Part shown: piece after piece, positions 52,609 to 64,000 of the stretch
Layout: each line of letters begins with the position of its first letter
Position numbering within the stretch: position 1 is the stretch's first letter
Origin: the human T2T-CHM13v2.0 reference genome, Homo sapiens
NCBI RefSeq assembly: GCF_009914755.1
Contig: NC_060926.1
Strand: one strand, 5' to 3'
Length of the DNA stretch: 64,000 bases
Made by a program: the position numbers and the translations under genes
The notes under the pieces: model-generated
Database searches by the model: none
Told to the model about the DNA's origin: nothing
The model's input: the letters and a program-made list of their open reading frames with translations, nothing else

Positions 52609-54334
52609 TATACTCCTCAGATAGAACTGCTTTGGAAACTATCACTAACATTACTACAACCGGATATTAACCAGTTTTCAAACTGGTTCATCTTTTAACT
52701 GAATATGACCAGTGGTCTTTTTCTAATTGGAAGTGTATAAATCACCATATATGGTTAGCTCCTTGGTCCAGTTCAATATTGATTCTATATCCCAAGGGAT
52801 ATTTCCCTGAACAACTGTCTTTTTTGGTGTTAGCTTCACACACAATAATGTGCTCTTTAATATATCCTGGATTATACATTTCACAGCCCATTATGAACTT
52901 GTCAGCTATGAATTTAACTAAAACCTTTTGCAACTACCTACATTTTTAGTTTGTATTACTGCTTGCATAGTGAGTTCTATTTATGTAGCACCTGATGTGC
53001 TCAAGTATTACTTTATTTTTCTTTTATTCATCCTGAACTTACTTCTTTAAAGGTCTATGTTCTGGCTCTAAGATTCCAGTAATTGATAAACAAGCCTATT
53101 CTCTCTTTTCAAACATTTATCACAAACATTTTTGACATTTCCTTCTCTAGATGTCAGAAGCCTATTTTTTTCAGTCTATCTTTATAAAAAGTCCTCCATT
53201 CACACCCCATCCTCTTGGTTATTTTATCTCATTTCCTTAAGCTTCCTTGGGATGTGTTAACTGTTGACATAAATAGCTGTTTCCTCTTGGGTCTGCTTCC
53301 ATTCCATACAGGAAAGGTGAAGCAATGCAAGAGCCCAATACATTTAATTCATTATATACACTGAAACAGCCTACAAGTGGATATTCCACAGGCCTTCAGT
53401 ACTTGAGAAATACATGCTCATACATACTAAGTACAGTCTCTTTTATCTGTGATCTAAGACCATCACTACCATTTTATCCTTTGTGCACTATATATGAGCC
53501 CCTCCCTAACTTCTTTCTAGATCTTCCTTCAAGGGAGAAGTAGCTATAACTAGAATACATCTTTTCCTATCTCTCATGGTTATTTTCCTAATTTGCGTGT
53601 GATTTTTCTCATTGTATCATCAATGCAAGAACAGAGGTACATAGCTACTGCACCAAGAGTGGGCCTCTCACAGCTGTCCTTCAATTGCATACATTACTAA
53701 TCCATTTTGATAAACTATAAATATGTTCTTATTTACTCTCGCTTTTGTAGTTTCTAGAATGTACACATTCAGTCTTCTCCTGAATACGCTAGTTCTCTAC
53801 ATTGTCTTAAAAATCTTTAAAGTTTCTAAATTCACTGCTCTAAAGAATTCTCTATCTGGTAACTAATATGATATATCAGCCTTCTTCGATGCCTTATGTA
53901 ACACTATCTCTCTCCCACATCTCTTTTTAAATTTCTTAACTTAAAAAAATCCGATGTTATATTAAAGCCCATATTTTCCTCTTCAGATTAATATTACATA
54001 CAATATTCCTGGACATATATACTATTGCTATCTGCATGTTGTAATGTTATTTAAGGCATAAGCCCCTCTTTATTTTACATCTAGTCTAGTTCTATTGAAG
54101 ATTAGTTTAATATTTTGTATTTAGTTTCCATTGTCTTCTTCTAATGCCTAACACTATTCTATGACAGAAAAGCTTGGCTATTTTTAGGAAAATGCTTATA
54201 ATGACTTCAGAGTCCCTTCAATAGAGGCTAGCTAAGAGCCACTTCTGCCAGATGTATTTTTGAAATAATATTTTCCTAGATGCTCTGGTCCACATTTCAA
54301 GTTGTCTGCCTATTTTATTTCATCTCCCCGATTG

Positions 54335-54460
54335 ATTCAGCCATTTATCTGTGCTTCCTTTTTTCTTTCAGTTATTAAGTGCTTCTGGCACTGTGTGTTT
54401 GGTGCTGGTCATATAGCAATAAAAGATGGCATTTTTGCCCTCAAGGAGTCTATAATCTAA
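54335..54460 (-). mobile_element. L2 3' fragment
   Basis: ttattaagtgc...ggtgctgg...tgccctcaaggagtctataatcta. Confidence 0.6.
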
Positions 54461-54622
54461 TACAAACAATTATTCAGATTCTGATGCTCTTCTAGTTTTT
54501 CTTCATTGGCTTAGTATTTACTACCAGAAAAACTTAGGGTTAAATGCAAACTGAGAGTTTTAATTACATACTTTCTGATTTAGATCATTTATTTTAAAAA
54601 GTAAAATACTTTTTTTTTTTTT

Positions 54623-57600
54623 CAAAATGGCTAACTGGAAGCATTTTATTCACACCTCATCCACTTAAGAAAACCAAAATAGTGTGAAGACAATCATACT
54701 TTGAATTCTTTTTTCAAGCGAGAACATGAGAGTTCAACAGAAAAGTGACAGGAAACATCAAAAACTAGGAAAGAGAGGGAAAAGAGGCAGTCTGCTTGGC
54801 TGGGACCAGCAGGGAGCTAGAAGTGATTCCCCAGTACAAGGAGAGGGTGAGTGAGAGTATTTCTGTGGTCTACCTTTCCACTGGGGAAATCATACAATAT
54901 TAGGGAGCTGAGAGGCTCAGAAGGAACTGCTCCAGGCAGGGAGCTTGCTCTGTGACCCACAACCTTTCTGAAACCTAAGTGGTTACAGCAAGATGTCATG
55001 GCTGCCAATGCTGGAAAGCAGGCACTGTCACTGGGACTTGAGTGGGATGCGAGTTGCCATGGAGACTTGGTCTGAGCTGGGTGGGTGCTTCTACAGCCCA
55101 GAGCTGAGTTACAGGCTAGGCATGGAGTAACAGATTTGATGGGCCAGCTGGGTCTGCTGTGACAGCCAGGACAGGGGAGCGAGCCCCACTAGGGATGGGG
55201 TGTGAGAGGGATGTCTGTCTCCCACCTGCTGGTCAAGGTTGTGGCCTCTGTGACCAGCCCCACACTCCCCCTGGCAGGGATTGGCAAGGCAGCTTCTGCC
55301 CCTTACATGAGCATTCCATGGGGAGCCTGATGGTCGCTTTGCCCCTTCCTATCATGGCTGGTGCATGTACTTGCCATTGGAAAGCCTCAGAGCAAGCCTG
55401 CCCAGTGTGGCTTTGCCCAATTTTGCCCTCCTCCCACTAAGACAGAGACATAGTCTGGAGTCTTGGATATTACACAACACAACCCACCACCTGGGCACCT
55501 GAGCACTCCTCTCAAGGGATAGAGGTTGGATCTAAACACCCTTCTGCCACCACCTCAGTGGGCACCTCCCTGTAATTGCCACCTGTTGGCTTGGAGGCTG
55601 GCCTTCACAGCCCATCACAATCCTGCCAACACAACTTAACAGCACTTGGGACCCAGAAGAGCATCTCACCACTGTTTTCACTATCGCCCATGACAAACTG
55701 GCCACCCAGGAACTCAAGAGTCCACTTACTTACCTAGTCTATCACTATCACAACCAGCATCTGAAAAAGCCCCCCCAGAAATCCAAGAATTGGCCTGCCT
55801 GAAACTGCCAATACAAGTCCCACCCCAGGGCACAAGGATAGATACTCCTACTCCATCACCACTACCACTGAAGCCTGAAGATAGGTCCAACTGGTATTTT
55901 AGTCCCAAGCACAACCTCAGCAAAGCCTCCTATAAAACCCACACTCTAACACACCAAAAAAGCCACAGACACTGCTAATGTTATTTATAGCTAAAGAAAT
56001 CATAGAGAGCCTTTAGTACTGTGTGTATCCACAAGCAAAACCAAAGGGCCCTCCCCAGCCAACATCACAAACACACCTTCAGGAAAACATCTCCCTTGCA
56101 ATGAAATTAAGTTCAAAAAGTAGGAGGAAGCAACTGTTACATCAGATGCCCAGATATCAACATAAAAACACAGGAAACATGAAAAAACAAGGGAATATGA
56201 CATACCCAAAAGCATAATAATTCTCTAGCAATAGACCTCAACCAAAAGGAAATGCTGGAAATCCCAGATAAAGAATTCAATTCAAAATACTGATTTTCAA
56301 GCTCAGTGAAATGTAAAAGAAGTATAAAAACCAATAAAAATATCTCAGAAAAACAATTCAGGATATGAAAAAAAATTACCAAGGAGACAGATATTTAAAA
56401 AAATCTGCAAGTGAATAATTCACTTTAAAAACACCAAATACATTCAAAAGCTTCAACAATAAGCTAGATCAAGCAGAGGAATTCTGGAACTCGAAAATGG
56501 GTCCTTTGAAATGATCCATCAGACATACATAAAGAAAAAAGAATAAAAATAATGAACAAAGCCTTTGGGATGTTTGGGACACCATAAAGCAATTAAATAC
56601 TCAAATTATTGGTAACTTCGAAAGCAGAGAAATCAAAAGGTTTAGAAAACCTATTTAACAAAATAATAGTTGAAAAATACTCAAGCCTAGCAGAGATTTA
56701 GACATCCAGATACAGGAGGCTTAATGGTTTCCAAACAAATACAATGCAAAAAGATCTTCACCATTGCATGTTATAATCAAGCTGTCTAAAGTCAAAGTGA
56801 AGAGTGAATTTTAAAAGCAGCAAGAGAAAAATATCTAGTCACTATAAAGTAAAACTCATCAGACTAATAGCAGACTTCATTGCAGAAACTCTGTAGGCCA
56901 GATAAGAATGGAATGATATAGTCAAAATGCTGAAAGAGAAAAAACCCTAGTAGCCAAGAATACTAGATACAGCAAGATTAACCTTCATAAATAAAGGAGA
57001 AATAATCTTTTCCAGACAAGCAAATGCTAAAACATTCATCTACATTTGACTAGCTCTCCAAGAAATACCCAAAGAAGTTCTAAACTTGGAAGCAAAAGGA
57101 TGATATTTACTATCATGAAAACACACAAAAGTACAAAACTTGCTGGTAAAGCAGTCACACAAAGGAAAAAGAAAAAAATAATAAAATGGCACCACTGCAG
57201 ATCATATGTTAGGCCACAAAACAAGTGTCAACAAAGTTTTCAAAAAATGAAACATACTATCTCCTTAGACCACAGTGGAACACAATTAGAAATTTTATTT
57301 CCAGAAGAACTTTGAACACTATACAAATACATAAAAATTAAAAAACATGCTCCTGAATGATCATTGGGTCAATAAAGAAATCAAAATGAAATAAATTTTT
57401 TTGAAACAAATGAAAATGGAAACACAACTTAAGAAAACCTCTAGGATACAGCAAAGGCAGTGATAACAGAATTTTATAGCATTAAATGCCTACATCTAGA
57501 AAGTAAAAAGATTACAAATTAGCAATCTAACAATGTACATTAAGGAACTTGAAAAGCAAGAACAAACCAAACCCCACATTCACAGATGAAAAGAAATAAC

Positions 57601-60160
57601 AAAGATCAGAGTATAGCTAAATAACTATACAAGGGATCTCATATTGTAAGTAGAGAGTAAAAAACAATACAAGGGATCAGTGGAATAAAGAAATTGTTTC
57701 TTCAAAAAGATGAACAAAATAGATAAACCACTCACTAGACTAATAAAAAAAAGAAAATCAAAATTAACAAATTAGATATAAAAAAGGATACATTACAACT
57801 GATATCACTGAAATACAAAAGATCATCAGAGACTATGATGAGCAGAACTATACACCCCCAAACCAGAAAACCTAGAGGGAATGGATAAATTCAAAACTTG
57901 CAATCTCCCAAGATTAAACAAGGAACACATAGAAAACCTGAACAGACCAATAACAATAGCATGATTGAATCAGTAATAAAGAATCGCCTAACAAAGAAAA
58001 TCCCAGGACCAGATAGATTTCATGGTTGAACTCTACCAAAAGTATAAAGTTCTTTTACTAATTCTCCTGAAACTATTGCAAAAAAATCAGATTAAGGAAT
58101 TTTCCCTAATTCATCCTACAAGGCCAGTATCATCCTAATACTAAACCAGACAAAGACACAACAAGAATAAAATAAATACTGTAGGCCAATATCCCTGATG
58201 GCCATAAATGCAAAAATCCTCAACAGAATACTTGCAAATGAAATCTAATAGCATATTAAAAAGATAACACACTATGAACAAACGGGTTTTGTTTCAGGGA
58301 TGCAAGGATGGTTCAACATACACAAATCAATAAATATTATATATTACTACATAAACAGAATCAAGGACAAAACCAGATGATTATGTCAATAGATGCAGAA
58401 AAAGCATTTGATAATGTTTGACAATGCTTCATGATAAAAACCTTCAACAAACTAGGCATAGAGGAAATATACCTCAAAATAATAAAGGCTATATATAAAA
58501 AACCCACACCTAACATCATACTAAATGTGGAAAAGTCGAAAGCATTTCCTCCAAGAACTGGAACACAAGACTCCTCACTTTCACCATGCTTATTCAATAT
58601 AGCAATGGAAGTCATAGCCAAAGCAATCAGGCAAGGGAAAAAAATAAAAGACATCCAAATTGGAAAAGAGGAAGTCCAATTTCTCCATTTGCTGATTACA
58701 TGATCTTATATCTACAAAAATCTAAAGACTTCACCAAAAAACTCTTAGATTTAATAAGTTAATTCAGTAAAGTTTCAGGATACAAAATCAAAGTTAAAAA
58801 ATCAGTACCATTTCTATAACCAAATAATGATTTAGCTGAGAAAGGCATCAAAAAAGCAATTCCATTTTCCATAGCTATGGAAAAAATAAAAATAAAAAAA
58901 TGGAGAATACATTTAACCATGGAGGTGAAAGATTTCTACAAAGGAAACTACCACACATTGATGAAAGAAACTGAAGATGACATCAATGAGTAGAAAAACC
59001 TTTCATGCTCCTGGATTGGAACAAAACAATTAAAATGACCATACTGTCCAAAGAAATGAGTAGATTCAATGCAATCCCTTTTAAAACACTGTTATTTTTC
59101 ACAAAATTAGGGAAAAAAATCCTAAAATTCACATGGAACCAAAAAAGAGCCCAAACATCCAAAGCAATCCTGAGGGGTGAAAAAGCTGGAGGTGTGACAT
59201 TACCTGACTGAAAATTATATTACAAAGCTATTATAACCAAAACAGAATTATAAGAGTATTAAAACAGACATAGAGATCAATGGAACAGAATAGAAAAGAA
59301 TAGAGAACCCAGAAATAAAGCTACATATTTACAGACAACTGATATTTGACAAAGCCAACAAGAACATACATTGGGAAACGAACACCCTTTTCAATGAATA
59401 GTACTGGGGAAATTGGATAGCCATATGCAGAAGAATCAATCTGAACCTCGGTCTCCCACCATACACAAAGATTAATTCAAGGTGGATTGATCAATTGACC
59501 AAACACTATAAACTATATAGAAACTATAAAAATATGAGAAGGAAACCCATGGAACCTCTTCTGGACAATAGCCTAGGCAAAGAATTTATGACTAAGACCT
59601 CAAAAGTAGAGGCAACAAAAACAAAAATAGATAAATGAGACTTACACTTAAAAGTTTCTACACAGCAAAAGAAATAATCAACAGTGCGAAGAGGCAACCT
59701 GTTGAATGGAAGACAATATGTGCAAACTATTCATCTATTAGGGAACTCATATCTAGAATATGCAAGGAACTCAAACAACTCAACAACAAGAAAAAAATAA
59801 TCTTATTAAAAAATGAACAAAGGACATGAACAGATATTTTCCAAAAGAAAATATACAAATGGCCAATTAGTGATGAAAAAAAGTTAAACATCACTAATTG
59901 TCAGAGAAATGCAAATCAAAACCACAATGAGTTATCATCTTACCCAAATCAGAATGGCTATTACTAAAAAGACAAAAATAATAGATGTTGGTGAGAATGT
60001 GGAGAAAAGAGAACACTTATACATTGCTGGTGGGAATGTAAATTAGTACAACCCCTGTGGAAAACAGTATGGAGATTTTTCGAAGAACTAAAAATAGAAC
60101 TACCATTTGAACCAGCAATCCTACTACTGGGTATCTATCCAAAGGGAAAGAAATTTTAGA
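54623..60160 (+). mobile_element. Long L1 (L1PB/L1MA-age) with 5'UTR, ORF1 and ORF2; EN region deleted and 3'UTR missing
   Basis: Starts caaaatggctaactggaagca (L1 5' end, YY1-like). GC-richer 5'UTR to ~56.1 kb, ORF1 ~56.15-57.1 kb. RT remnant ORF 58431..58703 ([16 protein letters not shown]...[14 protein letters not shown]). Confidence 0.9.
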
Positions 60161-60179
60161 AGACGTATGTGTATAAACA

Positions 60180-60935
60180 TAAAAGGATGTAAAATAGACG
60201 AAACATCTTTGAAAAAGAACAAAGTTGGGAATCAAACACTGCCTGATTTCAAAGCTTATTGTAAAGCTACATCAATCAAGATAATGCAGTATTGATGTAA
60301 AGATAGTTAGATTGGTAGACAAAAGAGAGTACAGCAACAGATCCACATATGTACGGTCAATTGTTTTATTATAAATATGCCAAGGCATTTCAATGGGGAA
60401 AATAATCTTCTTACAAATTATGCTAGGATCATTGGATAGTCCTTTTTAAAAAATATGTACCTTGACCTTTACTTCACACCATTTATAAAAATTAACTCAA
60501 ATGGATCAGAGAATAAAATTTAAGAACTAAAACTACAGGCTTCCAGAAGAACTCATAAGAATAAATCTTAGTGTAAGTGCTTGGCAAGTATGTCTTAACT
60601 ATAAAAAGGTATGAAATATAAAATTAGAAATAGTACTTTAAACTTCAAAATTAATAGTTTTTGTGTTTCAGAAGACACTTAGGAAAATGAAAACACACAG
60701 ACTGGTAAACAATCTTTGCAAATATATATTAGGTAAAGAACTTGAATCTAGAAAATATGAATAACTCAACTAAATGATAAGAAAACAAGTCTCATTCTCA
60801 TCTTCACCCAAAAAATTGGCAAAAAATTTGAGCAGAATTTTTTCAACCAAAGAAAATGTGGATGGAAAAGTAGACATGAAAATATCTTCAATATTATTTG
60901 CTACTAGGAGAACGCAAATTAAAATATCATATTTA
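60180..60935 (+). mobile_element. Older L1M ORF2 fragment
   Basis: acactgcctgatttcaaagcttattgtaaagctaca (TLPDFKAYCKAT) and acttcacaccatttataaaaattaactcaaatggatca. Confidence 0.75.
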
Positions 60936-60939
60936 TGTG

Positions 60940-61320
60940 ATGTAAATATTTCCCCCATTTGCCATTTAGCTTTTATAATGTTTTAAAAATTTATTTTAAA
61001 AAGTTTTGCCATGCCAAAGTTGATTTTTTAGGTTAATATAAACTATTAATATTTTATTGTATGGCTTCTGTGTTTTAAACTATAAGTAAAATGTCAGGTA
61101 GCTATTTCAGTACAATTTATTGAATAGTTTATTATTCCTCCTACTGGTTTAAATAATCATCTTTATCATAAATTTCAACTCCTATATATAAATTTTGTTC
61201 TGCATCTTTACTTCTCATTCTTTTTCTTTAGTTTGTTTATATATTATACATAAATACCATACTCTTTTAATTACTAAAGCTTTATTATATGTCTTACTAT
61301 GTAGCAGTGATCGTTTTCTA
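60940..61320 (-). mobile_element. Old L1M fragment, antisense
   Basis: tgtaaatatttccccca, cagtacaatttattgaatagt and taccatactcttttaattact. Confidence 0.55.
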
Positions 61321-61359
61321 TACTTATTTTTAAACCATAAATACCAAATGCAAAAGGAA

Positions 61360-62240
61360 CCAAGTTCTGAGAGGAAATTACAAGAGATTGATAGTAAGAG
61401 CACAGTTATAGAATTGGCTGGAAGAGAGAGGGCTCACCTGAAGCAAGAAAAGAAAGGGGAGAGTGGTATAGCAAGAAAATGGGAAGTTACATCACTACAA
61501 ACATTCAGTGAAATGAGAATTAAAATCATTTGCTCAAAGAAAAGAAGGTAGAAGTTTGATAGGCAACTTTAAAATGGTGAAAGGAAATGAGAGAAGATAC
61601 CTGGTTAAATAAAAGAACCAACTGAGAACCTGCAGATCTGGAGAGAGGTCAACCTTAGGCATTCATTTTTCACCTTCCTGCCATCCCAAACCAAAAAAGC
61701 CTGGGGTTAGCCATGGATATGATGGATTGCTGGAACGAACCTGAACTCACGTACAGTAGGATTAGTGTAGAAGGAAAGCAAGGGTGCTAAGGCTGCTGTG
61801 GAGATTTGTTGAAGGTATCAACAGCGGGGTACTGACTATGTTTAGAACAGAGGCCAAGAGGATACTGGCAGTCTGGGTGAAATGGAACAAATATGGAATT
61901 GGAGGTTGCTATGAGGCTGAAAATCAGGAATCTTGAAAATGAGAGAGTAAGGAGGTTGGAAGAATAAAAAGTTATGTTCTGAGAATGGGCAAGTGATTAA
62001 GATTTTAGGAATATTGCAGATTAAGACAACACCAAAAATCCAGGAAATATCTGTAAGAATAAAGGTCATAGATGTAGGTAAAATTATTGGAGTTGGGGAA
62101 ATTAAATAGTTGTAGTGCCAGATGGAGTGTAGTACAAGACAGGTCACCTCTATGTATTCTGAAAATTTGTAAGTCATGGCTGGATGCAGGATACAGAGAA
62201 AAATTTTCAGTTCCATACCAATGTCTTAAATTAGAGATTG
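61360..62240 (-). mobile_element. Probable L2 remnant
   Basis: Degenerate purine-rich L2-like sequence; weak match. Confidence 0.4.
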
Positions 62241-62374
62241 TCAAAGTGAGGTATATAAATCTATGTGGAGCTACAAGACACTTGTCAGGCATTCTATGAG
62301 GTAATTTTATAATAATACAAAGATATGTGCCCCTTTAATCCTGTTGATATTGGCACAAGAAACAGTGTGAGGAG

Positions 62375-64000
62375 AGCTAACATCATACTTAATGTTGAGA
62401 AACTGAATGTTTTTTTCCCTAAAATAAAACAAAATGTTTGTTTTCATCACTTCTATTCAACATTGTACAGGAGGTACTAGTCAGGGCAATTAGGCAAGAA
62501 AGAGAAACAAAAGGAATCCAGATTGGACAGGAAGAAGTAAAACTATTTTCAAATGACCTGATCTTGTATATAGGAAATGCTAAGGAATCCACAAAAAAAC
62601 TATTAGAACTGGTAAGCAAGCTAAGCAAGGTTGCAGGGTAGAATATCAATATACAAAAATTCAATTTTATTTCTATACGCTAGTAATGAATACTCTGGAA
62701 ATATTTAAAAACCAATTCCATTTATACTAGGATCAAGGAGAATAAAATACTAAGGAATAAATTTAACAAAAGAGGTGTAAGACATACACTGAAAATAGTA
62801 AGACAGGGTTAAGGGAAAAAGAACTAAATAAACGGAGGGACATCCCATGTTCATGGATCAGAAAGCTTAATATTGAAGAGACAGTAATAGTTCCCAAATT
62901 GTCCTGCAGAGTTGATGCCATTTCTACCAAAACCTCAGCTGCCTTTTTCTAAGCATAAATTGACACAACCAATCCTAAAATTCACATAGAATTGCATGTG
63001 ACCCTAAATAGCTAAAATAATCTTAAAGAGGAAAAACATAGCTGAGGCACTCACAATTCCTAATTTCAATACTTACTACAAATCTATAGTAAACATTACA
63101 GTATGGTACTGGCATAAGCATAGATATAGAGCAATGGAATAAAATTGAGAGTCTATAAAGAAATATTTATGGTCACTTAATTTTACATAAGGGTCCCAAA
63201 ACTATTCAATGAAAAAAGAATAGTCTTTTCAACAAATGGTGTTGGGAAAACTGAATATCCACATGCTAAAGAGCTGGATACTTCCCTCACATCATACATA
63301 AAAATAAACCCAAAATAGATGAAAGACCTAAATGTAAAAGTTAAAAATATAAGACTCCAAGAAGAAAACATAAGAATATATCCTTCCAGCCTTTCATTGA
63401 GCAATAGCTTCTCAGATAGGACAAAAAAAGCATAAGTGACAAAAGTGAAAATAGATGAATTGGACTTCATCAAAATTAAAAACTTTTATGCTTCAATGAT
63501 ATCGTCATGAAAATGTAATAACATCTCACAGAATTGAAGAAAATATTTGCAAATTATGTATCTGTTAAGAATGTAGCATTTGAAATATATAAAGAACTCT
63601 TACAATTCAATAATAAAAAGACAATCCAATTAAAAATCGAGGGAAGAATGCTAGTAGATATTTTTCCAAAGAAAATATAAAAATGGCCACTAGTCACATA
63701 AAAAGATGCCCCTCATAATTAGTCATTAGAGAAATGCAAATCAAAACTGCAGTGAGATACCACTTGACACATGCTAAAATGGCTGTAATAAAAAAGACAG
63801 ATAATAAGAAGTATTATAAAGAAATTGCATGCTTCACACATTGCTGGTAGTAGCGTAAAATTGTGCAATCACTTTGTAAAACAGTCTGGCAGTTCCTCAA
63901 AAGATTAAAAGAGAGTTACCATATGACCCAACAATTCCACTCCAGTCTTTATTCTACACCTAAGAAAAATATAAAAACATGTCCCCAAAAATCTTGTACA
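62375..64000 (+). mobile_element. L1MB-like ORF2 (RT to C-terminus), runs off the window end
   Basis: ORF 62438..62641 ([40 protein letters not shown]); gagttaccatatgacccaacaattccactcc. Confidence 0.88.

Noticed and set aside
54817-56000. GC-richer region resembling a promoter
   Set aside because: It is the CpG-depleted 5'UTR of an old L1, not a CpG island.
58431-58703. Reverse-transcriptase-like ORF (also 62438..62641)
   Set aside because: These are broken L1 ORF2 remnants with frameshifts, stops and degenerate catalytic motifs, not a novel RT system.

Overview
This is primate (very probably human) AT-rich non-coding genomic DNA, intergenic or deep intronic. It contains primate-specific repeats (AluY/S/J, L1PA, THE1, MER41, MADE1) and no recognisable protein-coding gene, structural RNA gene or CpG island. 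Every ORF I can assign comes from a transposon, and the rest look like chance ORFs. L1-dense blocks (about 1-14 kb, 20.9-26.2 kb and 54.6-64 kb) flank regions of unique sequence and ancient repeats (about 14.2-20.2 kb and 26.2-54.6 kb) that carry several motif-dense candidate enhancers. The most notable items are: a complete MER41B-type solo LTR with both STAT1 GAS motifs intact; an ISRE next to a perfect 23-bp nuclear-receptor-like palindrome; a MADE1 hairpin with a miR-548-type arm; a full-length THE1 provirus nested in an AluJ; a twin-primed L1; and several unusual insertion and duplication scars. I cannot demonstrate a new biological system from sequence alone. The best hypothesis is a TE-seeded, possibly interferon-responsive enhancer landscape. 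Repeat subfamily names are from recall of consensus sequences, and boundaries of old repeats are approximate.
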